From assembly GCA_963711565.1 (NCBI GenBank), contig CAVQEQ010000003.1, forward strand, positions 288,001 through 352,000: DNA of 64,000 bases. The letters run 5' to 3'. This DNA is from an uncultured delta proteobacterium (lineage in GTDB: Bacteria > Desulfobacterota > Binatia > Binatales > Binataceae). The position numbers and the translations under genes were made by a program. Of the stretch, positions 1-8,700 are shown one piece after another (position 1 is the stretch's first letter; each line of letters starts with the position of its first letter). The notes under the pieces are model-generated. The model was not told the DNA's origin and ran no database searches. It worked only from the letters and a program-made list of their open reading frames with translations.

Positions 1-382
1 CGACTTGCAGCATGTGCTCGCCCGCGTCCTCTTCACTCATCTTGAACTTGGTGACCGCAGCCCAATGCTTGATGCGCGCCACGGTCGCTCCCGGCGCGAA
101 CCGGTGCTGCACCGTTTCACCGGCGAACGTAACCACGACTTCAACGTGTCGGCAGCGATGCAGGTGCATCTTGATGCCAGACGGACCGCACAGCTCCTTA
201 ATGGTGAGGTGGTCCTCGAGCGGGGTCTCCTGGTCTTCGAGAAAGATCAGGGTGTCTGGCTGGCAGCCATGTTTTCTGACGAGGATTTCCCTGATCGCCG
301 CCACGGTATGGTCAGCCGACACTTCGATGTGCTCGATGTCGCGGATGCCATGGCCCTGATAAAAGATGTCTATAGATTCCAT
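1..382 (-). CDS. Putative ubiquitin-like (tandem beta-grasp) protein, partial, runs off the left edge
   Basis: Not in the ORF track because there is no stop in the window. ATG at 382-380 preceded by AAGGAG (398-393). Manual translation MESIDIFYQGHGIRDIEHIEVSADHTVAAIREILVRKHG...HRCRHVEVVVTFAGETVQHRFAPGATVARIKHWAAVTKF shows two beta-beta-alpha units typical of Ubl folds. Confidence 0.65.
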   Translation of the reverse strand, partial: MESIDIFYQGHGIRDIEHIEVSADHTVAAIREILVRKHGCQPDTLIFLEDQETPLEDHLTIKELCGPSGIKMHLHRCRHVEVVVTFAGETVQHRFAPGATVARIKHWAAVTKFKMSEEDAGEHMLQV

Positions 383-445
383 TTCTTCTGTTCTCCTTGA
401 GAGCCGGACTCGGGCAACAAGCCCGATGCGGTCTTCTCACTTGTT

Positions 446-620
446 TGATCGTCACCGCGCTGCCAACCCGGAAATCGAGCTGGCGGTCGGTAACGGGCCG
501 AATGTCGTTGCCCATCTGGTTAATCGCGGCAGGTCGCGCAACCCGGAAAGCGCACTTCGGCGCGGGCAAGAGTTTCCGGTGCCCGTCGCGTTAATCGCGG
601 CGGGGCCATAAAACCGGAGA
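446..620 (-). promoter_or_regulatory. Three tandem copies of bipartite motif T(T/C)TCCGG-N16-CGAT(T/C)A
   Basis: Plus-strand tgatcg 446-451 with ccggaaa 468-474; taatcg 521-526 with ccggaaa 543-549; taatcg 592-597 with ccggaga 614-620. Spacer is 16 nt in all three. Confidence 0.7.
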
Positions 621-625
621 GGGAC

Positions 626-3600
626 TCAGACGATGGAGAGGGAGCCGCGTGCTACGGCATCGCAGACAAAGAAATGAGGGCATCGAGGGCAACGCACCGC
701 GTCGGGGTCCGGCGGGAATTGACCTGCTGCGATGTCGGCGACCATTGCCGCGCTCCTGTCCTTGCGATTTCGGATCTTCGCGTCGGTAATGACCACCTTC
801 TCGACAACCTCGTCCGTCAAATGAACAGCCTCGACGGAGTAAGAAGCCCCATAGTGCGCGCGGCCTGCGAGATGATAGAGCGTGTATTCCAGCTTGTCGT
901 ATTCCGTGTCGCGCTTGTACCCGGTGCGAACCCGGCGCAGGACGATTGTGCCGTTGGGCATCTCCGCAATCTCGTTTGGCTCGACCACGACGCGACCGCC
1001 AGCGAAATCTATGGCGAGCGGTTCAGAACGGCGGAAAACCTTCCCTGCGCCAGCGCGGACCAAGGCGTCAACCAGGCGGTCGGCGAGTCGGCGGTAATCC
1101 GCGGCAAAGCCATGATCGATCGGCCCCTTCTCTAGCCACAGACGATCAAATTCCCGAACCGCTTCGGTATGACCGACCGCTCCCTCAATTCGTGCCCGGG
1201 AAAGCCAGCGGATGAGCTCATAAAGACAGTCGTGAGTGCGGCTGAAGGCGGTGGTTTTGCGCGCGTTACCGAGCCCGAGAACATGGGTGTAAAAGAAGCG
1301 CCGTGGGCACTGTTCGTAACTGTGCAGGCGTGAGTCGGTGAGACCCCGGTCCTGGGGCCAAATCACGGTGATAGGCTTCGGCACCGGCGCGTCGGCGGGC
1401 AAGCGCAAGGTAGCCGGCCGCGAAACTTCCTTCACCAGCGACGGCGAAAACCATACGAGATGGGGCGACGGGGTTCGCGCCTTTCCATTCTGCTGCTTGC
1501 GAGCATGATACAAACGCAGATGGGTGCGCGCCCGAGAAAGTGCGACGAAGAAGAGACATTCCTCTTCCATGGAGTGAGCGTCGGACGCGCCAATATCACC
1601 TTCGATCATGCCCGCAGGCGGTGGACAGCGTTGGCCGGTAAAGGACGTTGGGAAGCTTGCTTTAGTAAGGCCTGGAATGTGCACCGCCTCGAATTCGAGA
1701 CCCTTGCTGCCGTGGACCGTCATCAGACGGACCGCATCCATGTGCAAGGCGCCTGCGGGAATTTGACGAAGGTCGCGTTCTTCGGCAAGAAGCACGAGCT
1801 GGCGCACGCGGTCGAGCGTACGCTGGATAGGAGCCCCTGAGGTAACCGGGCTGCGGTCGCGTACAAAGTTCAGGAATTGCCATATGGCGACAGCCTGCAT
1901 TCGGTCGCGGACGCTCTCTCGCGTGGCCGCGCGCGCAAGCAGGTCAGTGCGGTCGAGCAGGTAATTGGCAAGAAATTCCCAGGGCGTTGCTCCTGTTGAA
2001 ATCCCCGCAAGGTCGGCGCCGAGACGTGAAAGTCCTTGCTGGCCTTCCGCCGAGAGCGCCGCGTTGCCCGCAATGTCCTTGATCTTGCCGACAGCCGGTC
2101 CTGGAATTTCCCGCAGCAGGCTAATTGCGGCGCGCACGTCTTGCAGGGGAATATCATAACGGGGCATCGCGCCTACGCGCGCGAGTCCATCGCCGAAAGG
2201 ATCAATAGCAAGTGTCAGGAGCGCAAGAAGGTCGCGAACTTCGTCGCGCTCGAACAGGCTGCCCAGGTGCAGGACGGGAATACCGCGTAGCTCAAGGGCG
2301 GCGGCGATATCGTTCAGGCGTGCATTGCTACGGCAGAGCACGGCTTGATCGCGAAGGCGTACACCGGAGGCCTGGAGGTCACGGATACTTGCGGCGATAC
2401 CGGCCGCCTCGTCATCGGGCATATCGAAGCGGAGCAGTTGCGGGTGGATTCCAGACCGACCATGGTCAGCCTCGAGGTCAAGCGGAAGCATGCCTTGCGA
2501 AGCGCGCATGTGTGGAGCCACAGCTTCGAACGAATCGACGATTTCCTGACTGGAGCGGTAGTTAACAGAGAGGCGGTCATTCACGGCGTCGGGATATTCT
2601 TTGGCAAAGCGCGCCATATTGATCGAGGAAGCACCCCGGAAACGGTAAATCGATTGACGTGAATCACCAACGACCCAAAGGCGCCGACCCTCGGCGGCTA
2701 GGGCACGCAGGAGTCTGGCGCTGGCACGGTTAACGTCCTGGTACTCATCGACAAGCACATGACGATGCCGAAGGTGGAGCGCGGTACGAACCGCGACATC
2801 GCTTTCCAGGAGCAAGGTCGGGCGCATGATCAAGTCGCCGAAATCAACGCTCCGGCGTCTTCGCAGCTCTCGCTGATAAATCCCATAAAGCTGAGCGACT
2901 TCTAGCGCCTTGGCGGCTCGCTCCTGACTTTCTTCATCGGTCGCGCCATCCTGCATCGCTTGCGCGAGGACCCGATATTGGTCCGCATCCACAAGCTCGT
3001 CCTTGGCTCGTGAAATGGCGGAAATGATGTCGCGCAGCACCATCGCCGGGTCCCAAAGATTGCGATAGTGGACCAACGGAAGTGTGGGGAGAATTTCTTC
3101 CAGAACTTCAATGGCATCGCTACGGTCGAAAAGCGTCGGGTCGGGGGGCAAATCGAGTTTGTCATGGTAGCGACGGATGAGGTCGAGGCCGAAAGCATGG
3201 AAGGTGCCGATCCAGAGCCTTTGCGCTTCCTCAGGCACGATAGTGGTCAAGCGTTCTGACAATTCGCCGGCCGCACGGTTCGAGAATGTCAGGACAAGAA
3301 TAGAACCGGGATCCGCGCCTTCCCGAAGCAGGGAAACTACACGCTTGACGAGAGTCCGGGTCTTTCCCGTCCCTGGTCCGGCCTGAAGCTGGAACGCAGA
3401 GCCCCGGTGTTCAGCCGCACGATCTTGAGCGGGATCCGGTTTGGTGGGGCGCTCCGACCGCTCTTCTTCGGCTGGGGGTGCGGGAGGGAGAAGCAGGGCA
3501 TCGAGAAGCTGTTGGCGCACGAGGTCTTTCGGAAGCTTCAGGGATTCGGAGATGGCTGAAGCCGATTCGCCATCGAGATGCTTGCGGCGCGCCGCCGCAC

Positions 3601-4027
3601 GTGGAAACAGAAACTCTCGCGCAAACACGTTCGCCTGAAGCTCACGGCGTTCGCGAACACCATAGTCTTCAACGCGCTGAAGCCCGACCGGGGCAACCTC
3701 GGTGGAGCGCGAGGCGTCAATATCTTCGTTCGTGCACCCCGCTGACCCCGCATGCACGCGGAAATGACCGATTTCGTGTGCGATGAGGCATGCCCGGTCT
3801 GTCGTATCGCCGTCGTCAACACAACAAACGATGCCGCCCTGGCTATCGAAGAGTGCACGCGCTCCTTTCAATGCGGGATCACCCGCTGGAAGCAACACCA
3901 GTTCCAGGTCGAGACGCTTGACTGCGGCCAGAACCAATTCCATTGGCGAATCAGGATTGGCACCTGCAGCAACAAGCTCCGCATGCAAGGTCGAAGCGGA
4001 AATGCGAACTGGCTCGAAGGCTTCCAT
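626..4027 (-). CDS. ImmA/IrrE-family metallopeptidase fused to UvrD/AddA-like SF1 helicase and a C-terminal PD-(D/E)XK-fold Fe-S domain
   Basis: AHEIGH (HEXXH) plus ELQANVFAREFLFP; Walker A AGPGTGKT; Walker B VDEYQD; GDSRQSIYRFRGA; TVHGSKGLEF; FFVALSRAR; cysteines in EQCPRR and CPRCPHFFVC. Confidence 0.9.
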   Translation of the reverse strand: MEAFEPVRISASTLHAELVAAGANPDSPMELVLAAVKRLDLELVLLPAGDPALKGARALFDSQGGIVCCVDDGDTTDRACLIAHEIGHFRVHAGSAGCTNEDIDASRSTEVAPVGLQRVEDYGVRERRELQANVFAREFLFPRAAARRKHLDGESASAISESLKLPKDLVRQQLLDALLLPPAPPAEEERSERPTKPDPAQDRAAEHRGSAFQLQAGPGTGKTRTLVKRVVSLLREGADPGSILVLTFSNRAAGELSERLTTIVPEEAQRLWIGTFHAFGLDLIRRYHDKLDLPPDPTLFDRSDAIEVLEEILPTLPLVHYRNLWDPAMVLRDIISAISRAKDELVDADQYRVLAQAMQDGATDEESQERAAKALEVAQLYGIYQRELRRRRSVDFGDLIMRPTLLLESDVAVRTALHLRHRHVLVDEYQDVNRASARLLRALAAEGRRLWVVGDSRQSIYRFRGASSINMARFAKEYPDAVNDRLSVNYRSSQEIVDSFEAVAPHMRASQGMLPLDLEADHGRSGIHPQLLRFDMPDDEAAGIAASIRDLQASGVRLRDQAVLCRSNARLNDIAAALELRGIPVLHLGSLFERDEVRDLLALLTLAIDPFGDGLARVGAMPRYDIPLQDVRAAISLLREIPGPAVGKIKDIAGNAALSAEGQQGLSRLGADLAGISTGATPWEFLANYLLDRTDLLARAATRESVRDRMQAVAIWQFLNFVRDRSPVTSGAPIQRTLDRVRQLVLLAEERDLRQIPAGALHMDAVRLMTVHGSKGLEFEAVHIPGLTKASFPTSFTGQRCPPPAGMIEGDIGASDAHSMEEECLFFVALSRARTHLRLYHARKQQNGKARTPSPHLVWFSPSLVKEVSRPATLRLPADAPVPKPITVIWPQDRGLTDSRLHSYEQCPRRFFYTHVLGLGNARKTTAFSRTHDCLYELIRWLSRARIEGAVGHTEAVREFDRLWLEKGPIDHGFAADYRRLADRLVDALVRAGAGKVFRRSEPLAIDFAGGRVVVEPNEIAEMPNGTIVLRRVRTGYKRDTEYDKLEYTLYHLAGRAHYGASYSVEAVHLTDEVVEKVVITDAKIRNRKDRSAAMVADIAAGQFPPDPDAVRCPRCPHFFVCDAVARGSLSIV

Positions 4028-4034
4028 GGAATCT

Positions 4035-4676
4035 TCAAAGACTCCGCAAATAGGTTTGCTGCTTTTCCGTCAGGCCAGAGCTCCGTACAGCCTCTTCGAA
4101 GGTTTGCTTCGTGGTTACTTGCGGTTTTTGGTCGGCCTTAAAATGCACCTGTACCCCCAGGGTGGATCGGCCGGAGAAATGCGCGGCAACAAGGTCAAGG
4201 GGCGCCTTCAACTCATCTGCCACACGCCTTTTGAAGCCTTCCGTCATTGTCTCCGGTTCAATGAGCCGATCGCGGAGCTTGAGCACAAAGACCGTTGTGG
4301 CGTTCAACCTTTGGCCTAATGCGCGCATCTCGACGGTGCTCAGCGCAGCAAATGGATTTCTGGGTTCTACTTGGGTCCTTGTTGTCGAGGTGCGTTGTTC
4401 GGCTTTGACGGCGTGCAACCGGTTATGAAAGCGGCTCATCGCCTTTAGAACCATCGAGCTTGTGTCGGTGGTCGCTGGAGATTCCTCGCCGTCCTCGTCA
4501 TCGCACAGCGCATCGAGCGCGAGCTCAACCGCCATCTCGGTTAACTCCGTGGCAAATTCGGGATACCGACGAACCAGCTCGTCCAGTGCGTCGGCATTTG
4601 GTGCAGGCTTGGCCAAAGAGAGCGCATAGAACGCGTCCTGAAGAGCCGTGTCGCCTCTGATGAATTTGGTGATCAT
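4035..4676 (-). CDS. Hypothetical protein, possible anti-sigma factor or HTH-like repressor
   Basis: 213 aa; ATGA overlap with the upstream sigma gene and 7 nt gap to the peptidase-helicase; helical N-terminus and HTH-like C-terminal half. Confidence 0.65.
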   Translation of the reverse strand: MITKFIRGDTALQDAFYALSLAKPAPNADALDELVRRYPEFATELTEMAVELALDALCDDEDGEESPATTDTSSMVLKAMSRFHNRLHAVKAEQRTSTTRTQVEPRNPFAALSTVEMRALGQRLNATTVFVLKLRDRLIEPETMTEGFKRRVADELKAPLDLVAAHFSGRSTLGVQVHFKADQKPQVTTKQTFEEAVRSSGLTEKQQTYLRSL

Positions 4677-5449
4677 GTTTCCTCCTTAAGTCTTGAAAGT
4701 TTCGCCAGCGCACTTGTCATGCGGTTGCGAATGGTGCGGCCGGTCACACCGCACACAGTGGCAGCCGTTCGCTCGTTGGGATCTTCGGATTCTTCCTTGA
4801 GGCCCAACAGGTAGCAAAGCACGATAGCTTTCCGCTCGTCGCGTGGCAGAGCGTTGATCGCGTCATGGACCTGTTTTCGGAGAACCAACTCCTCGGGATC
4901 ACATCTGGAGCGATCTCGGTCGGAAAGTCGCGCGAGAATTTCGTCGTCGACCCTGACATCCGGGCGATCGGGATCCGGTAAATCTCGCGTGCTGTTGAGC
5001 CGGTCGAGTTCGTCACGGACTCGCGTAATCCTGAAGGTACTAAAGGCCAGGTTGAAGCGCACTTCGTAGAAATCGAGCTCGGACTCCTCCTGCGATGACC
5101 CATCTTTCGCGAAGAGTTCCGCAAAATCCCCCAATATATCCTCTCTCAACTGTTCGGCCGTGCAGATTGAATCCGAGACCTTGGAGTTCAAAATCGCCGC
5201 GCATCGGTCGAGGAGCAGCTGCAAGAGCTCGTCCCGTGCCTGTTCGTTTCCGCTGCGCCATGCCTCACGGATTAAGTGAACGAGGCATTCCGAAGGGAGA
5301 TAATTCTCTGCTTTTCGGTCACGAAGTCGTGCCCGGTCGCACACAATCTCTAGATCTTGACCGAGAGCGGCATCGATGGCCGCCTCGATTTCCGGGAGCC
5401 TTGTGTAGCGTGCTCCATCAGTCTTTGTCTTGTTAAGTGGTCGGGCCAT
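4673..5449 (-). CDS. Sigma-70/ECF-like RNA polymerase sigma factor
   Basis: Region-4-like C-terminus (DAINALPRDERKAIVLCY...AATVCGVTGRTIRNRMTSALAKL); region-2-like middle segment; GAGGGGG RBS. Confidence 0.75.
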   Translation of the reverse strand: MARPLNKTKTDGARYTRLPEIEAAIDAALGQDLEIVCDRARLRDRKAENYLPSECLVHLIREAWRSGNEQARDELLQLLLDRCAAILNSKVSDSICTAEQLREDILGDFAELFAKDGSSQEESELDFYEVRFNLAFSTFRITRVRDELDRLNSTRDLPDPDRPDVRVDDEILARLSDRDRSRCDPEELVLRKQVHDAINALPRDERKAIVLCYLLGLKEESEDPNERTAATVCGVTGRTIRNRMTSALAKLSRLKEET

Positions 5450-5512
5450 ATTGCCCCCTCTTGTGTCAGCAAGGTCTTACGGGCGCGCTTAGGCCACCCG
5501 CTCTACTACTTA

Positions 5513-5540
5513 TAATCGCCCCCGCCGCTCGATCCGGAAA
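5513..5540 (-). promoter_or_regulatory. TTTCCGG-N15-CGATTA motif upstream of the sigma gene (putative autoregulated promoter)
   Basis: Same bipartite motif as at 446-620, about 64 nt upstream of the sigma ATG. Confidence 0.6.
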
Positions 5541-5733
5541 CTGAAAATTTGAAAAATATTTGAACCACTCCAGCATATGAGTTTTGCACCTTCGTTTTGG
5601 CGGACGAACCGGGGCTGGTTTTGGGATTTTGGAGGGTCTTTTGGCCATTTCGCGCGGTCGATAATTAGAGACGATTTCGCGAAAATCTTTTGATTTTGTT
5701 AGGAATCGATGGCCTTACGCTTAAGCACCCCCA

Positions 5734-8700
5734 TTACAGTTCGATTTCTGCGTCCGGGTTCCCGGCGGCAAGCGCGCTCATCCAAGCGAGGCACAGGTCG
5801 CGGGAGAGATAGCGACCGTGGGCGGCGTTCTCCTCACGCTCGACGATAGGAAAGGTAGAATAGATGTAGCGCACATCATCGCGGTCGGTGATGCCGTAGA
5901 GGTGGAAATACACGGCGTCCAGCTTTGCCCGGAGGTTCAAGCGGCGTTCATCGTCCCAGATGAAAGGCGTCTTCACAGTCCCGGTTTCATCGACATATCC
6001 CATGTCGCGCGCGAACGGCGCCATATCGTGCGCGGTGTATGTCAGCTCAAGAACAGCGTCGCGGACGATCTGTTCCGCAGTCTTTGCGCCGAAGCGGGCG
6101 GATGTATAGCGGTTCAGCGGCACGACGGGAAGCTGCTCCGCCAGATACCAGTTGACGCTAGTGCTATGGATTTTCGATCGCGCAACAAAGTCAAGCGCGA
6201 GCGCGTTGAGGTTGGCGACGATGGTAGGCGCTGCTTGGCGGTAAGCCGCCGCATCTGTGGGAAGGAGCAATGGCAGCTTGTTGCCGTATCCAGCTCGAGG
6301 CGCGATGGCGGCGATTATCGTTCTCACATCGGTAGCGCGCGCTATGTCGCGAAAGCAGACGGTCCAATCGAGCTCATCTGGGAAGACGAGCTTGCTCGAT
6401 GGAACCCAATATTGCGGGGTGGACAGGAACGCAGGATCGGCCTTTTGGGCGGCCGTCACTTCGCCGCTGACCGCCGCGTTGTGCACGTTCTCCTCGTTGA
6501 CCACGACGGAGGCGGCCCTGTGGTCAAACTGATGGATCATGCGACCGACGTAGAGCGGAACCCATTCCCCGGAGGGGCTACCGAAGCGGTTGCCGCCGAT
6601 TGGGTAGGCGCCTTCTGTCTCCTCCAACTCCTGGCGCGTGCGGAAGAGGTTGGAGTCGTTCGTCATATGGAACATGGTCGCGTAGCGGACCGGCCAAGCC
6701 TTCACCTCCGCATCGTCGGTGCGATCCACGATTACTGGCAGGCGCCCATAAATGGCGGTGGTAAGCGCTGCGTCCCGGCGTGTCCTGAATATCGGTGCAG
6801 TCCCGGTGTTCGGATTCACACGAGCGAAATCCTCAGGGGTGAGCGGGAAGCAACGTTCAGGGTTCTGAAGCTCGGATACGTCTTGGAGAAAAAATGCGCA
6901 TCGGGTGGTGTCGAATGTCCTGGAGGGGCTTGCCACCGACACACAGAACTTGAAGCGGCTGTCAACGTCGGGAAAGAACGGTCGGGCGTTGAACCTGGTG
7001 CGCCGGTTCTCGAAATCGTAAAGCGCCTTCAAATGCCCGCCCGTCGAGACGCCTTTAAAAAACGGCGCGGCCGTCTTGTCGGAGGCTATACCGGATGGGG
7101 TGAGGAGCCCGGCGATGCCATCCGGTTTGACGAGTTGCATCGCCCGTTCGACGAACAGCGAGTAGAGGTTCACGTCACCGCCGGAGAGCAATGGATAGTC
7201 GCCGGCGGTGCGCGCCATCCGCACTCCAGCCTCGGCGCGCTCCTCTGCTTTGGCGTAGGCGCCGGCAAGTGGGTCACCGGCTCTTTCGAGGGCAGCGACC
7301 ATGCGTTTGCGGTCGTCGGCGCGTTGCGCGAGCGCAATCTCGCGGCGGCGGATCGCGAACCATTCGACCTGTTGCAGCTTCATGCGGTCCCAGGGCGGGT
7401 TACCGACGATGGCATCGAACCCGCCCGAAAGCGTGGCGCTCTGCCAATCGGACCACACACCGGGAAAGGCGACTTGCCAGTTGAGGAAGCGCTCCTCGGC
7501 GACTAGCTCGCGTACTTGGCCAAGTATCTCGGTCAAGCGACTCGCTTCGGCTTTTGTGGTCTCGGATTGGTAGATCTTTGCGAGAGGATCGAGCTTACCC
7601 ATGGCGATTTGAACGGGATCGCCGTATACGCCCGAGAAGTAAGATTTGAGAACTACCCGGTTGTCGCGGGTGTTGAGCTGAAGCCAGTCCAGCGCGTGCA
7701 GCAGGCAGAGCAGCGCATCGAGGGGCGCGGTCATCTCTTGCACTTCCGCGAACACGTCCGCAGAGCGGTGTGCTTCGGCGATCTCGGCGTCCGTGAGACC
7801 CTCGATGATTTGCATCGACGATGCAGCGCGTAACGCTCGCGTCATTGGCTCGTGCAGGAACAGCGCCGCGTCGAAAATGGCGGTCTTGTCGAGGCCCCTT
7901 CGGATCCACAGCCCAAAGAGGCTGTCGCCGCAGCGCAGGTGGTGGTCGAGGAAACTCAGGGGCGCACCGACCGTGAAGGTATGCAGCCAAAGCGAGACCT
8001 TGGCCAGCTCGACGGCCATCATGTTCTTGTCAACGCCGTAAATGCAGCGTTTCAAGACCATGCGGCGGATAATGTGCCTGTCGTCGAGCTGCGCTGGATC
8101 GACGGTCCAGCCGCGCTGCTCGGCGTTGCCGAGGATGGTGTTGCGGATAATTTCGATGCGGTCGCTGAGCGGAGAAATGTAATGGCCCCATGAGACCATG
8201 GCCTCGGCCTCGGCCATGGCAGTGATGACCTGGTCGGTGAGGTAATCGACGAGGGTAACGAGGAAGTGTCCGGAGCCCATGGCCGGATCGCAGATTTTGA
8301 GATCGAGGAATTTTTCGGCGGGGTCGATGCGCTTCAAGGCGCCAAGGCGCTCGTCTTCAGGTTTGGTGCTGGTAGCCTGATCGGTGGCTAACGCGCGGAA
8401 AGATTCCATGCGTTGCAAGACGAGCGGGCCGATCGTTTCGCGGATAATGAGGCTCACGAGGTCTTCGGGCGTGTAGTAGCTGCCTGAACCCTTCCGGGCG
8501 AAGACGTTGGGACGGATAGCGATGGTCTGCCCGTCTCGGGTCACCTCGTGTTCGAGGAGCTGTTCGTAGATCGATCCCAGCTGCTGCACACTCAAATCGC
8601 GATAGTTGATATAGCGCCGGCCTTCGGGTGTTTTGTCGAAAGACAGTGCGTCTATGACATTGGCCATGACTGCGTCATCGAGACGCACACGGGTAAGGAG

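Noticed and set aside
5-611. Plus-strand ORFs 5-400, 12-359, 366-611, 397-594 and minus-strand ORF 312-569
   Set aside because: Shadows of the minus-strand Ubl-like gene and its promoter array; no RBS or recognisable motifs
446-620. CRISPR array or iterons suggested by the ~73-bp periodicity
   Set aside because: Only two short boxes are conserved with a variable 16-nt interior; there is no 25-40 bp identical repeat and no cas or rep gene
5466-5648. 60-aa ORF upstream of the sigma gene, and a plus-strand TATAAT at 5511
   Set aside because: The ORF has no motifs and overlaps the promoter motif; the TATAAT lacks a -35 and has no gene to serve
5818-7506. 562-aa plus-strand ORF
   Set aside because: Antisense shadow of the RM gene, typical of high-GC DNA; the same applies to 15387-16763, 19650-20987, 28872-30365 and 43869-45281
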